From a bacterium (lineage in GTDB: Bacteria; Hinthialibacterota; Hinthialibacteria; Hinthialibacterales; Hinthialibacteraceae), in NCBI GenBank assembly GCA_963662285.2, contig CAXXMV010000006.1, forward strand, positions 1,376,001 to 1,440,000: a stretch of 64,000 nucleotides of DNA. The letters run 5' to 3'. The translations under genes were made by a program, and so were the position numbers. Under the pieces are notes generated by a model. That model worked only from the letters and a program-made list of their open reading frames with translations. It searched no databases and was not told the origin of the DNA. Positions within the stretch are counted from its first letter, which is position 1, and every line of letters starts with the position of its first letter. Positions 1 to 10,609 of the stretch are shown here, piece by piece.

Positions 1-240
1 GATCATCTGCTGGCCGCGACAGGTGAATATATGAGATGGGTTGAATCCGATAAAAGAATATCGCCCCAGCTTCTCACCCTGCTCGACGCTCTCTAGAAGA
101 AAAGCGTGTGGATCGTTCTCCGCCAGTTTATAAAAGGTAGAGACCGGGGTTTCCATATCAGCCATGATCTCTTTACATACGGGTATCAGATTTCCACTTT
201 GAGCAAGTTCCTGGAATTGTTCCTGAGATGGTTTGTACAT
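1..240 (-). CDS. trpE: anthranilate synthase component I, 5' part (runs off the window)
   Basis: Not in the ORF track. Manual translation from ATG at 240 gives [65 protein letters not shown], with the TrpE N-terminal motifs ADxETP, FLLES and GRYSF. Confidence 0.88.
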   Translation of the reverse strand, partial: MYKPSQEQFQELAQSGNLIPVCKEIMADMETPVSTFYKLAENDPHAFLLESVEQGEKLGRYSFIGFNPSHIFTCRGQQMI

Positions 241-868
241 TCGCTTATTATCTAACCACTTAGTTTTTATTTTGCTGGAAAATCAAAAGACAATCTACCA
301 ATTTGAATTAATTGATAATAATAGCGGGTAAATAATACTAAGGCAATATCTAACCTAAACGACGCCTATTTGCTGGGTAAGGTCGCATAAAGCAGCCCCG
401 CTCAATCCATCAATTTACCTTGTATTTATTATTAAGTAACGTATTTTTTCATGGATTCAATATTTAATCCACGTTTATTCAAAATAAGAGTTATAAAAAC
501 AATTGACCAAATTTATGTTTAATTTAATAAAAAACAAGTTATTAAAGATATAAATGAAAAATAACAATATTTATCGTGAAGAATTGCGTAATATCAAGTC
601 TCGTGGAATTAACAATACCCTATCATACTGGTAACCTGAATGATCGATAAAAAAAGTTATTTTAACAGTAATTAGTAATCATTATTGTTGGCAGTACTTT
701 TTAAGGTTGTGGTAAAATAACCTCATCCACTGGTAAAAAAACCACAATTATTCTTGACTAGATAAGAAAAATATGAAAAATGATACTTAGCGGTATTTAG
801 GTGAGTTAACGCCTAATTGAAAATTAATGTTTTAACATTATTTCGAAAATTCGAAAGGAGATCAAAAG

Positions 869-1969
869 ATGAAGAAATTGAGTGTGTGTTTATTCGCGGC
901 AGCTATCGTAGCTGCTGGAAGTTTTGCGTATGCAGGTCCTTTGGCTGATGCTACGTCCGATACCCTGTGGGGAATTGAACTGGGTGGTTTCGTGGATGTA
1001 TCGTATACGTACAATTTCAATGATCCAGCAAATGACATGAACGGCGCCAGAGTTTTTGATGCCGACAACGATGAATTCCAGTTGAACGGAATTAATCTTT
1101 ACATCGACAAACTGCCTGAGGATGAAGGCGAAGCTGGTTTCCGTATTGACATCATGGCTGGTGAAGATGCCGGAATTATTGGTGACTTGGGTGGTGATAA
1201 CATCTTTGATGATCAAGATTTTTCTGTTTACCAAGCTTATATTTCCTACATCGCTCCTATCGGCAATGGCTTGACAATCGACCTCGGCCGTTTCGTTTCT
1301 TGCTTCGGTTATGAATCAATTGAAAGCCCGGCTAACGATCAGTTCTCACGTTCACTTATATTTGGACTATCTGGTCCTTACACTCAAACTGGCCTTCGTT
1401 TAACTTACCCCATCAACGATATGTGGGAAGTTAGCGGTGGAATTACACAGGGTTGGGATGTTGTAGAAGATGATAATGATGGCGTTTCCTGGCACGCAGC
1501 CCTGCGCTGGATGCCTTTGGAAAACGTTTACGTCCAGGATGCTATTTCTTATGGTCCTGAAATGGCTGGCAGCAATGACGACTATACCTTCTTGAATGAC
1601 TTGGTAGTTACTTGGGACGTTACAGAAGATTGGTCAGTTGGCACAAACTTTGACTATGGTATTTATGATGCTCCAATAGGCGATGACCTGAATTGGTGGG
1701 GCGTTGCTGGTTATGCCCGTTATGACGTTAACGAAGATATGTATCTAGCGCTTCGCGCAGAGTACTTTGATGATGAGCGTTGGGTTGTTGCTGGCGATGA
1801 CGTCAACATCTTTGAAGTTACTTTCACCCTCGGCTACACAGTTACCGAAGGCTTGTTGACACGCCTCGAATTCCGTCATGATGATGCAAGTGAAGATATA
1901 TTCATGGATGACAATGGATTCGAAGATACACAGAATACTCTAGCTGTTGAAGTTGTTTACAGCTTCTAA
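869..1969 (+). CDS. outer-membrane beta-barrel porin (BBP2/DUF1597-like)
   Basis: Sec signal peptide; GFVDVSYTYNFN, QAY, GxF..GYE motifs; alternating amphipathic strands; C-terminal beta-signal VVYSF; RBS AAGGAG. Confidence 0.85.
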   Translation: MKKLSVCLFAAAIVAAGSFAYAGPLADATSDTLWGIELGGFVDVSYTYNFNDPANDMNGARVFDADNDEFQLNGINLYIDKLPEDEGEAGFRIDIMAGEDAGIIGDLGGDNIFDDQDFSVYQAYISYIAPIGNGLTIDLGRFVSCFGYESIESPANDQFSRSLIFGLSGPYTQTGLRLTYPINDMWEVSGGITQGWDVVEDDNDGVSWHAALRWMPLENVYVQDAISYGPEMAGSNDDYTFLNDLVVTWDVTEDWSVGTNFDYGIYDAPIGDDLNWWGVAGYARYDVNEDMYLALRAEYFDDERWVVAGDDVNIFEVTFTLGYTVTEGLLTRLEFRHDDASEDIFMDDNGFEDTQNTLAVEVVYSF

Positions 1970-2006
1970 TTTATTCTTGACTGGTTCGGGATTAATTTAG
2001 ATTTTC

Positions 2007-2037
2007 AAACCGGGCGGTTCTTTGAACCGCCCGGTTT
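2007..2037 (+). terminator. Rho-independent terminator after the porin
   Basis: aaaccgggcggttc-ttt-gaaccgcccggttt perfect 14-bp stem followed by T-rich sequence. Confidence 0.85.
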
Positions 2038-2252
2038 TAGTTTTAAACCACAAAAATCAAAGCAGTATTCATTCATTTTCAACAAAAGTTGTCTCATAAT
2101 CTTTGTATACTAGACATGCCGACCCAACGCGCAGAGAATATCAGAGAATTGCGCTTTTTTGAAATAATATGTTGCTATATAGAAGTGGGCGCAAGCGCCG
2201 AACAATTTTATTGAGTTAAAATAGATAAATTTCTTCATAAAGGAGAATATCA

Positions 2253-3758
2253 ATGAGCAAGCATATCAATCGCCGCCGATTCTTAGGTTCTGCTATTCCC
2301 GCCAGTACATTCACTATTGTTTCACGTCATGCGTTAGGTGGAAACGGATATGTTTCTGCAAATGATAAGATCAACCTGGCCCATATCGGTATAGGAACCC
2401 AAGGAATCAATGAACTGGGCAGTCTGCTTGAGAATCCACGGATTCAGATCGTTGCAGTGTGTGATCCGAATAAAGATAGCAACGATTATGTGGAGTGGGG
2501 CAAGAATAATGTTCGTAACACCATACGAAAATATTTGGACAATTCTTCCTGGAGAGAAGGTCAAAGCGGTTGTCCTGGAGGCCGGGATGTTGGGCGGGAA
2601 ATCGTAAATACATACTACGCGAATCACCGGGGTAAGGATAACTTTAATGGTTGCGATGCTTACGCCGATTTTCGCGAACTTTTAGAGAATGAGAAGAATG
2701 TGGATGCAGTCAAGATTATGACGCCCGATCATCTACACGCAACTATATCAATTGCCGCAATGAAGAAGGGCAAGCATGTCCTGATGCACAAACCTATTGC
2801 TAACCGGTTGTATGAAGGCCGTCTGGTTCGTGAGACTATACGACAAACTAAGAGGGCTACGCACCTGTTGGCTTATGGCAGTGGAATCGAAAACGGAAGG
2901 ATTGCAGAACAGATCAAAAAAGGCGTAATCGGTTCATTGCGGGAGGTGCACAATTGGACGAACCGTCCGGTGTGGCCTCAATATAATGAAATTCCGAAGG
3001 ATAAGCCTTCGATTCCCGAGGGACTTGATTGGGATTTATGGCTTGGTCCTGCTCTACATCGCCCCTATCACCCGCATTACACTCACACAGTTTTTCGAGG
3101 ATGGTACGATTTCGGCGGCGGTTCGATGGCTGATATGGGTATCTATAGTCTGTGGCCGGTGTTTACTGCGCTGAACCTGGGCGTTCCGTTGAGTGCTCAA
3201 GCCTGGAAGACCCATACTTGCTATATCAACGATAACGTCAGCAAAGGGATGAATAATGATTTCTCCTATCCAACAGCCTGCTCTCTTCGCTTTCAGTTCG
3301 CTGCCCGTGGGGATATGCCGGAAATGGATTTGTTTTGGTATGATGGAGGAATGAAACCACGCTTACCCCGCGAAATTGAAGAGCATGATGTTGAGATGGG
3401 TAAAGAAGGCATCCTGTTCATCGGCGATGAAGGCGCCATTATGGCTGATTTCCACGGAGATAAACCGCAGCTGTTCAGCAAAGGTAAGGTCAAACCGCTT
3501 TCGTTGGATGAGGATTCGTCGAACAATTCAGAACGTAGAAATCACTACAAACTCTGGCTTCGCGCATGTCAAGGAGGTGAACCATCGCCGGGGAATTTCC
3601 TGAACGCAGCGTCGATTACCGATACTGTCAATCTGGGGACGGTCGCTCTTCGAGCAGGTAAGAAAGTGTTCTTTGACAATAAAAATATGAAGATCACTAA
3701 TGTTTCAGAGGCGAATAAGTATTTGTATCGCGAATATCGGAAAGGTTGGGAGTTATAA
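2253..3758 (+). CDS. Tat-exported Gfo/Idh/MocA family oxidoreductase
   Basis: NRRRFLG twin-arginine signal; GIGTQG Rossmann fold; TPDHLH; HKP (variant of EKP); DWDLWLGPA; FRGWYDFGGG. Confidence 0.9.
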   Translation: MSKHINRRRFLGSAIPASTFTIVSRHALGGNGYVSANDKINLAHIGIGTQGINELGSLLENPRIQIVAVCDPNKDSNDYVEWGKNNVRNTIRKYLDNSSWREGQSGCPGGRDVGREIVNTYYANHRGKDNFNGCDAYADFRELLENEKNVDAVKIMTPDHLHATISIAAMKKGKHVLMHKPIANRLYEGRLVRETIRQTKRATHLLAYGSGIENGRIAEQIKKGVIGSLREVHNWTNRPVWPQYNEIPKDKPSIPEGLDWDLWLGPALHRPYHPHYTHTVFRGWYDFGGGSMADMGIYSLWPVFTALNLGVPLSAQAWKTHTCYINDNVSKGMNNDFSYPTACSLRFQFAARGDMPEMDLFWYDGGMKPRLPREIEEHDVEMGKEGILFIGDEGAIMADFHGDKPQLFSKGKVKPLSLDEDSSNNSERRNHYKLWLRACQGGEPSPGNFLNAASITDTVNLGTVALRAGKKVFFDNKNMKITNVSEANKYLYREYRKGWEL

Positions 3759-3832
3759 GAGGAAACATGATGAATGGAAGATCATCAGGATTAGGAGGGC
3801 GCTGTTTGCGATTATGAACGGATGGGAATCGT

Positions 3833-6451
3833 TCATTTTAAGAAGCAGATGGCGCTTTGGCTTTCGGGATCGGCGACGATGTGCGCTGTTTTTCCTCCAG
3901 TAGATGCAGAAACATCAATCACGCGAATCACTTTAGAAAACTCCTGGGCATCCGGTAGTAAGTGGTTTAGGAAATTAGGCGATAAAGTGAAGAAATCTTC
4001 TTGATACTCCGCAGCCTCGTCGTCTGGATAGACAGGTAAAAATATGATTTGCGACTCTACTAAATCCTGGAAAAAATGAGTGCCATAAGATACTTCAGGC
4101 ATCTGCCCATATTCCTCACGGGCGATTTCAACCAGGACTGATGTGTTGTTGATATCAGCGTAATTGACGTTGACTCCCATATCAAGGTTGCTGCTGCCCC
4201 ATCGTCCGGGACCAATCATAATGCTTTTACCTTCGATTACATCAGGATGGGAATTGATTCGTCCGACTGTACGTCCCAGCACTTTTTTTAAATCCATAGA
4301 GAGATTAGAAGCATATTCAATAGGATCAACCATAATGATGAACCGGATATCAGAAACCACGCCTCCGCAAATGATACGCTGTGAGCGGAATAAAATATTC
4401 TCGTGAGCGATGTTTTGGGGAAGAGAGACTGGTCCTTCGGTTCCGGGGAGTCCCATGAACCGGCATTGCACCAAATTGATACGCAGCCGATTATTCTGGT
4501 CGATATAGGCAGTGAATTCCGTGTCTATCGGATAATCATAGGATGCTTCCAGTTTGGCCAGCATTTTACCCATTACTCGAGCAAAATCAGTTTGTCTGAT
4601 CAGATTATTGAATGTTAGAACCAATTCGCTATCTTCATCGAAAATAATGGAAACTGGATCAGATAAATGGTCTTGCGTTAAACAGGAGACCAAAAGATTC
4701 AGGTTGGGATAGTCTCGATTGGTCAGGACTTCAGCAACGCTTCGGGTCTCGAAACTGTTGGTTTTGAGATTAAGGAGATCGATTTCCCGTTGAGAATATT
4801 TCGCAACTTTCATCCCGGTTTCCGGTCGGAGTTGCGGGTGACTAACGGGTATCAATCTTGGATAATCAACCCCGGTGCGGTCAACTGCACGCGTACCTAA
4901 TCCAAATACTAATCGAATGATGCCCTGTTTGGGATCGATCCGGTCTGACCAGGCGTATAGATTCCGGGAAAAGGCCACTCCGGCAAGGCTGGGGAAGAAA
5001 TAATCCTGGAAAGGCATACCGGATACGCGTTGAACCAAAAGAGCCATCTGCTCATCCTGGTGATCTAATCCCCTTTTTCTGCGGTATGATAATGCATCCA
5101 GATTGAGCGCGCTGGCATAAACCAGTTTGACAGCGCGTAGGAAGTTTTCCAGCCGGTCTTCAGGATCGCCTTGATTGGTGCAGAATTCGCTCCGGTATTT
5201 TCCGGCGAATGAATTGCCATAACTATCTTCGAGCAGGCTGCTGGAACGAACAATAATAGGTGATTGGCCGAAATAATTAAGCATGCTTTGAAACTGTTGA
5301 ATAACGTCCTGGTTGAATTTGGCCTCTAGAAACCGATTTTCAATTTCTTCAAATTCTTTATCGGTGATTGGTTCTCCATAAGTCAATTGCATGCGTAGTT
5401 TGAAGAGGTTGTTCTTGACCAGAAAGGTGAAGAACACGTCTGAACCGATATAGAAAGAGTCATGATTATCAAGAATATCGGTGAAATCAAAATCATCTTT
5501 ATTCTCTAACAGGATTCTGCGGGCCAGAAGCATACCGGCGGCTTTGCCGCCGATGCGGCCTGATCCGATAATTCTGTTACGGATTTTGAAAAGGTCTTTA
5601 ATGCGAAAATGTTTTTCAGCTAAATTGTAAAACCAGGGATTATCGCCCAATATCATGCAGATCAGTTCTTGTTTTAAGGAGACTACTTCTGGAATGTTTT
5701 CAATATTTTCGCCTTCATGGCTGTAATACCGGACTAATTTGCGGTATACCGATTCCCATGGCGCAGTTGATTCCACTCCGGTTCGTAGGGGATATTTCAA
5801 GGCTTGGGTAGTAATCTTGGCGGCGTCGCCGCTATGAAAAATGGGCTGTATATCGTCATCAAGAATCAGATGAGGCATAAACATTTTGGAAGAATATCTA
5901 TTCCAGACTTTTTGAGGGTGAAGATAACGTTTATGATTAATATGGTAAACATTGATCAAAAGCTGGGTTGTTTCACGAATACGGGCCACGGTGCTTTCGT
6001 CATGGTTTTCCAGTTCTAATCCAAAATAGGCTACCGTTTTCAGTTCAAATAAAAAAGGGCAGGTGATTTGAAAGAAATTGGCTAACAGCTCATCGGTTGT
6101 CCATTCTTCAACCAGGATCGAAAGGTTGTCGAAAACATAGAAATACTCTAATCCATTTTGTTCAACTATACGGTGGATTTCACTGCTGAAATTTTCAAAT
6201 CCCGACTGGGGATCAAGTTGGATAATTGTCAAACCTGATTGCGGTTCAAGAATGGGATGATGATCAGCGAAGCGTAAATAAACAATATTGCGTTTATCTT
6301 TAATCGCCTGATTAGTGAATTGAGTAGCAAAGTAGCGGTAGTCGTCCAGTTCTTCCACTTGCCAAACCACATTGTCGCCCAAACGTATATCACGCAGAAT
6401 CTTATCCAACGCAGAGATTCCGCTTTTCACGATCTCTGAGTTGGAACTCAT
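3833..6451 (-). CDS. PEP/pyruvate-binding (PPDK_N, ATP-grasp) domain protein with degenerate RecA/KaiC-like N-terminus
   Basis: IGGKAAG, VRSSSLLED..FAGKY, DTEF..VQCR ATP-grasp motifs; C-terminal GPGRWGSS and SYGTHFFQDL; no PEP-utilizer TIM barrel. Confidence 0.8.
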   Translation of the reverse strand: MSSNSEIVKSGISALDKILRDIRLGDNVVWQVEELDDYRYFATQFTNQAIKDKRNIVYLRFADHHPILEPQSGLTIIQLDPQSGFENFSSEIHRIVEQNGLEYFYVFDNLSILVEEWTTDELLANFFQITCPFLFELKTVAYFGLELENHDESTVARIRETTQLLINVYHINHKRYLHPQKVWNRYSSKMFMPHLILDDDIQPIFHSGDAAKITTQALKYPLRTGVESTAPWESVYRKLVRYYSHEGENIENIPEVVSLKQELICMILGDNPWFYNLAEKHFRIKDLFKIRNRIIGSGRIGGKAAGMLLARRILLENKDDFDFTDILDNHDSFYIGSDVFFTFLVKNNLFKLRMQLTYGEPITDKEFEEIENRFLEAKFNQDVIQQFQSMLNYFGQSPIIVRSSSLLEDSYGNSFAGKYRSEFCTNQGDPEDRLENFLRAVKLVYASALNLDALSYRRKRGLDHQDEQMALLVQRVSGMPFQDYFFPSLAGVAFSRNLYAWSDRIDPKQGIIRLVFGLGTRAVDRTGVDYPRLIPVSHPQLRPETGMKVAKYSQREIDLLNLKTNSFETRSVAEVLTNRDYPNLNLLVSCLTQDHLSDPVSIIFDEDSELVLTFNNLIRQTDFARVMGKMLAKLEASYDYPIDTEFTAYIDQNNRLRINLVQCRFMGLPGTEGPVSLPQNIAHENILFRSQRIICGGVVSDIRFIIMVDPIEYASNLSMDLKKVLGRTVGRINSHPDVIEGKSIMIGPGRWGSSNLDMGVNVNYADINNTSVLVEIAREEYGQMPEVSYGTHFFQDLVESQIIFLPVYPDDEAAEYQEDFFTLSPNFLNHLLPDAQEFSKVIRVIDVSASTGGKTAHIVADPESQSAICFLK

Positions 6452-6544
6452 AGTCGATTTAGTATCCTTTTAGAGTAATTATCATAATTATGATATAAAT
6501 AATTATGCATAGTAATTGCTGCAACTCCACATGTTAATAGGGAT

Positions 6545-7792
6545 TTATATCCAACCACGGTTTTTCATGGCTTCCACCACTCGCAGCACGGAGGCGACAT
6601 AGGCGGCTTTTCTCATATTTATGTTAAAACGTTTGGAATTTTTCAACACGGCTTGATAGGAACTGGTAATTTTCTTATCCAGCCGTTCATGAACGGTTTC
6701 TAAATCCCAGTAATACATACTGGCGTTTTGAACCATTTCAAAATAAGAGACCGTAACGCCGCCGGCGTTGCATAATATATCCGGGATAAGATGGATATCT
6801 TTTTCATGCAGGATGGCATCGGCTTCAGATGTGGTTGGACCATTAGCCAATTCCGCTATGATCTTTGCTTTAATATTGGAAGCATTGGTTTTGGTAATAA
6901 CATTTTCCATAGCAGCCGGGACCAGGATATCCACATCCAGTTCCAGGATATCTTGATTGGAGATTGCTTCCGTTCCGGCAAGATTAATAATAGAGCCGGT
7001 GATTGATTTATGTTTACGGACAGTTTCCGCATCCAATCCTTTGCTGTTCATCACGCCGCCCTGAGAGTCGCTGAGCGCCACAATCTTGCATCCCAAAAGT
7101 TCGGAAAGAAGAACAGTGGCGTAATATCCGGCGTTGCCGAATCCTTGAACAGCTACTGTGGCTTTGGATAGATCGAGTTTTAATTCTTTAGCAGCTTCAC
7201 GGATGGCGATAACTCCACCACGGGCGTTAGCATCAATTCGCCCAACAGAACCGCCAACGGCGATGGGTTTGCCGGTAATTGCGCCAAATGAATTGCCCCG
7301 GCTGATTTTGAAATATTCATCAATCATCCAGGCCATAATCTGGGGATCAGTATAAACATCTGGTCCGGGGATATCTTTGTCAGGCCCGATAAACTCGCTG
7401 ATGCGGGATATATAGGCCCGGCTTAAGCGTTCCAGTTCATTTTGAGATAATTCTTTGGGATTGCACAATACGCCTCCAGCCGCGCCTCCCAGTGGAAGGT
7501 TCAGAAGGGCGCATTTCCAGGTCATCAAAGCGGCTTGCGCTCTCATGGCGTCAAGCGTGCGGTCCTGATGGAAACGAATACCGCCCTTTGTGGGGCCTTT
7601 GGCGTTGTTGTAATGAATGCGGTAACCCTGGAAAACCTTGATAGAGCCATCATCCATCCGAATGGGCATTGATACATGAAGTTCACGTATAGGATGTCTC
7701 AAGGTTTCATGGACGCCAGGATCCACTTTAAGAATTTCGATGCAGTCATCTAATTTTTTTTGAGCAATTTCAAAAATATTCTGCTCTGTCAT
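6545..7792 (-). CDS. gdhA: Glu/Leu/Phe/Val dehydrogenase (glutamate dehydrogenase-like) with catalytic Lys replaced by Ala
   Basis: GPTKGGIRFH, MTWKCA, DIPGPDV, QGFGNAG, ELANGP, NAGGVTVSYFE; active-site motif reads GGAAGG instead of GGxKGG. Confidence 0.85.
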   Translation of the reverse strand: MTEQNIFEIAQKKLDDCIEILKVDPGVHETLRHPIRELHVSMPIRMDDGSIKVFQGYRIHYNNAKGPTKGGIRFHQDRTLDAMRAQAALMTWKCALLNLPLGGAAGGVLCNPKELSQNELERLSRAYISRISEFIGPDKDIPGPDVYTDPQIMAWMIDEYFKISRGNSFGAITGKPIAVGGSVGRIDANARGGVIAIREAAKELKLDLSKATVAVQGFGNAGYYATVLLSELLGCKIVALSDSQGGVMNSKGLDAETVRKHKSITGSIINLAGTEAISNQDILELDVDILVPAAMENVITKTNASNIKAKIIAELANGPTTSEADAILHEKDIHLIPDILCNAGGVTVSYFEMVQNASMYYWDLETVHERLDKKITSSYQAVLKNSKRFNINMRKAAYVASVLRVVEAMKNRGWI

Positions 7793-7903
7793 TTATCTTT
7801 CCTCCACTAAACTGGGTGCGCTTGAATATTTAATAAACAGTTGTTATGCGAGAATTCGTGAAATTAGTTATTATGAAACTGAGATTGGAGACCTGAAGTA
7901 AAT

Positions 7904-8776
7904 TCAAGGCCGCCAGTCGTCGACCATGGACTCAGAAGAAGATGGAGATTGCATGTCTTTTTCCATATCTTTATTTCCAATTGGTTGAATCTCCTTAGAG
8001 GGGATTGTACTTTCTTCTTTTTTCAATACCCAAGGCCGCCATACATCTTCAAAAGAAGATAGTACGTCAAATATGGGATTTAAGACATCACCTAATGATT
8101 CAGTTGCGTCGCGACCTTGGTCGGAGAGGTGGATAACTGATCCTAAATATTGCTTCTGTAATTGATGCGATAATTTATGGAGAAGTAATTTATAAACATC
8201 AGGATTGTCATAATGATTTATGATAGATTCGTGCAATGTTTTATAAAGATCTTCACCATCAAGGATTTCGGATTGCTTAATTTTATCTGAAGCGCTTTGA
8301 GATAATTCCAGCGCTTCGTCTTGCCTTTTCTGTACGCAATAGACCATAGCCAGAAGATGGGTTGTTAAGTAATGGAGTTGGATATCCACTTCAGGATATT
8401 TAAGATAGGGCGTGCGGCTTTCGATGGAAAGAGCTTTACGATAAACCGATTCAGCTTGATCAAATTTATCTAATAGTTGATAAAGTAAACCCAAATGGGT
8501 CAGGCTTTTAGCAATCCTAAGATTATCCTGCCCCAATAAATTTTTTAATATGTCCAAAGATTCTTTGAAATATGGCTCGGCTGTTTCATATTGTCCTAAC
8601 GCAAGAAGAAATACTCCCATGATTTTCTTGTTGAGCGCGTCATATTCGTTTGGATAGGGGTAATCTTCGGATTCTTTCAGCATTAATTGGTATGATTTCA
8701 TTGCTTCGTCATAATCACCCGCAAGGATTTTTAGTTCCCCATCTTTTTTGTATTGCATTATTCTTGCATAACTCAT
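7904..8776 (-). CDS. tetratricopeptide repeat protein
   Basis: TPR_10/12-like repeats (LGQYETAEPYFKESLDI; AKSLTHLGLLYQLLDKFDQAESVYRKALSI). Confidence 0.75.
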   Translation of the reverse strand: MSYARIMQYKKDGELKILAGDYDEAMKSYQLMLKESEDYPYPNEYDALNKKIMGVFLLALGQYETAEPYFKESLDILKNLLGQDNLRIAKSLTHLGLLYQLLDKFDQAESVYRKALSIESRTPYLKYPEVDIQLHYLTTHLLAMVYCVQKRQDEALELSQSASDKIKQSEILDGEDLYKTLHESIINHYDNPDVYKLLLHKLSHQLQKQYLGSVIHLSDQGRDATESLGDVLNPIFDVLSSFEDVWRPWVLKKEESTIPSKEIQPIGNKDMEKDMQSPSSSESMVDDWRP

Positions 8777-9150
8777 TGGTAATCCTCCAAGCCTGATTAA
8801 GTCAATATAAAAGAAATATTGATAAGTATATTAACGCATAAAACCGCAAAATAATCTAGCGAAGTCTGGAATCCTTATTTATAGTATATTTCTTTAAGTG
8901 ATCAAAAAGGCAAGTTTCAATCCAATAATCTTTCTATGACTGGTTGGTTCTCAATTCCAATTATTACTCAAGTTATTTTACTAGTAGGTTTTAAGTCGTC
9001 TATGCATCAAATCGCGTCTAATCGTTAATCATGAAGAGAGCAATTGAGAGTATCTATAGGTCGTGGTAGGATGAAAATAATGGAAAATTTATTTGGTGAA
9101 TTACTGGCTGGTGTTAAAGGAGAGTAGTCCACCGGGAAATGGGATCAATT

Positions 9151-10512
9151 ATGAATAAAATATCACGCCGTGCATTTGTAAGGAAAACTTCAGTCGTGAC
9201 GGCTAGCGCCTTCGCTCTGCCATGCTTCGGTATTGCCAAGTCAGCTCAATCGGCCAATGGTAAATTGAATGTTGCTTTTATTGGCGTAGGCGGTAGAGGG
9301 TCAGCTAGTCTAGAAGGATGCGAGAGCGAAAATATCGTTGCTCTGTGTGACGTCAATCAGGATAGTTCCGCAAAAGGCGTTAACAAAAATCCTCAAGCCA
9401 AATTTTTCAAGGATTATCGGGTAATGATGGACAAGATGAGCAAGGAGATCGACGCGGTCTGCGTTGCGACGCCCGATCATTCACACTTTGCCGCAGCCAT
9501 GTCGGCCATGCAAAACGGGAAGCATGTATATGTGGAAAAACCTCTGGCCCATAATGTCTGGCAGCTCAGAACTCTTAAGAAGGCCGCTCGTTATTACAAA
9601 GTAATCAGCCAAATGGGCAACCAGGGTCATGCTACTGATGGCATCCGTTCCATTAAAGAATGGTATGATGCGGGTGTGTTGGGAGAGGTAAGAGAAATTC
9701 TGGCATGGTTTGATGGGCCTGATTTCAAGGGCAGTTATTTTGTTAAACCGGATCATTTTCCACCGGAAGCAATGCCAGTTCCTGAAACTTTGGATTGGGA
9801 TTTATGGCTTGGACCAGCTGCCAAGCGTCCATTTAATAAATGCTATGTACCGCGCACCTGGCGTGGATGGTATGACTTTGGCAATGCTGAATTAGGCGAC
9901 TGGGCCTGCCATACGCTGGATGCTCCGTTCTGGTCTTTGAATCCGGGAATGCCGAATATAATTAACGCCGATAAATGCTCAGGTGCTCCTGATGGCTTTA
10001 CGCCGGATCAATCCCTGATTCGTTTTGAATTTCCCGCCCAAGGGGATAAGCCTGCTGTTACACTTAAGTGGCATGATGGCGGCTTGAAGCCTGAATTACG
10101 CCCTGAATGGGGATTGGACAACTTACCAGGCAGCGGCATGATAATGATTGGCGATAAACTCTCACTGATGACTGGTGGACGTCCCAACGATCCAAAATTA
10201 TTACCCAATAAAGTATGGGAAGAATTTTCCAAAAATCCTCCCGAAAAAACCATACCCCGTATTGATGGCGGCCCCTGGGCTGAATGGTTGAGAGCCATTA
10301 AGGGTGATGGCCCCATGCCCGGATCGAACTTCGACTATTCCGCAGAACTGACCGAAATGACGTTGCTGGGTGTATTGGCTCAACGTTTCAACACGCGGAT
10401 CGAGTATGACGCCAAAGCCATGAAGGTAACTAACCAACCCAAACTGAATGCATATATCAATGAACCTGTTCGCGAGGGATGGGATTATGGTAAAGAGGTT
10501 TGGCAGGCTTAG
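9151..10512 (+). CDS. Tat-exported Gfo/Idh/MocA family oxidoreductase
   Basis: SRRAFV signal; GVGGRG; ATPDHSH; VEKP; QMGNQG; DWDLWLGPA; start placed at MNKISRR. Confidence 0.9.
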   Translation: MNKISRRAFVRKTSVVTASAFALPCFGIAKSAQSANGKLNVAFIGVGGRGSASLEGCESENIVALCDVNQDSSAKGVNKNPQAKFFKDYRVMMDKMSKEIDAVCVATPDHSHFAAAMSAMQNGKHVYVEKPLAHNVWQLRTLKKAARYYKVISQMGNQGHATDGIRSIKEWYDAGVLGEVREILAWFDGPDFKGSYFVKPDHFPPEAMPVPETLDWDLWLGPAAKRPFNKCYVPRTWRGWYDFGNAELGDWACHTLDAPFWSLNPGMPNIINADKCSGAPDGFTPDQSLIRFEFPAQGDKPAVTLKWHDGGLKPELRPEWGLDNLPGSGMIMIGDKLSLMTGGRPNDPKLLPNKVWEEFSKNPPEKTIPRIDGGPWAEWLRAIKGDGPMPGSNFDYSAELTEMTLLGVLAQRFNTRIEYDAKAMKVTNQPKLNAYINEPVREGWDYGKEVWQA

Positions 10513-10551
10513 GCGCTCAGTTGATAAGAAAAGATAACCAATGATATAAAT

Positions 10552-10583
10552 AAGACAGGCGGGATGCGTTTCCCGCCTGTCTT
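10552..10583. terminator. hairpin between convergent oxidoreductase and hsp20 genes (probably bidirectional terminator)
   Basis: aagacaggcggga...tcccgcctgtctt 13-bp stem. Confidence 0.75.
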
Positions 10584-10609
10584 GCTGTAATGAATCTTGT
10601 GGAACCGTA

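Noticed and set aside
241-860. Possible trp attenuator or leader peptide upstream of trpE
   Set aside because: No tandem Trp codons or convincing terminator/antiterminator on the minus strand
1940-1969. Porin tail LAVEVVYSF
   Set aside because: Ordinary BamA beta-signal of a beta-barrel, with a different pattern
7904-7940. TPR protein tail SESMVDDWRP resembles the C-terminal motif
   Set aside because: No signal peptide and no terminal hydrophobic-Tyr; probably coincidental, so not counted
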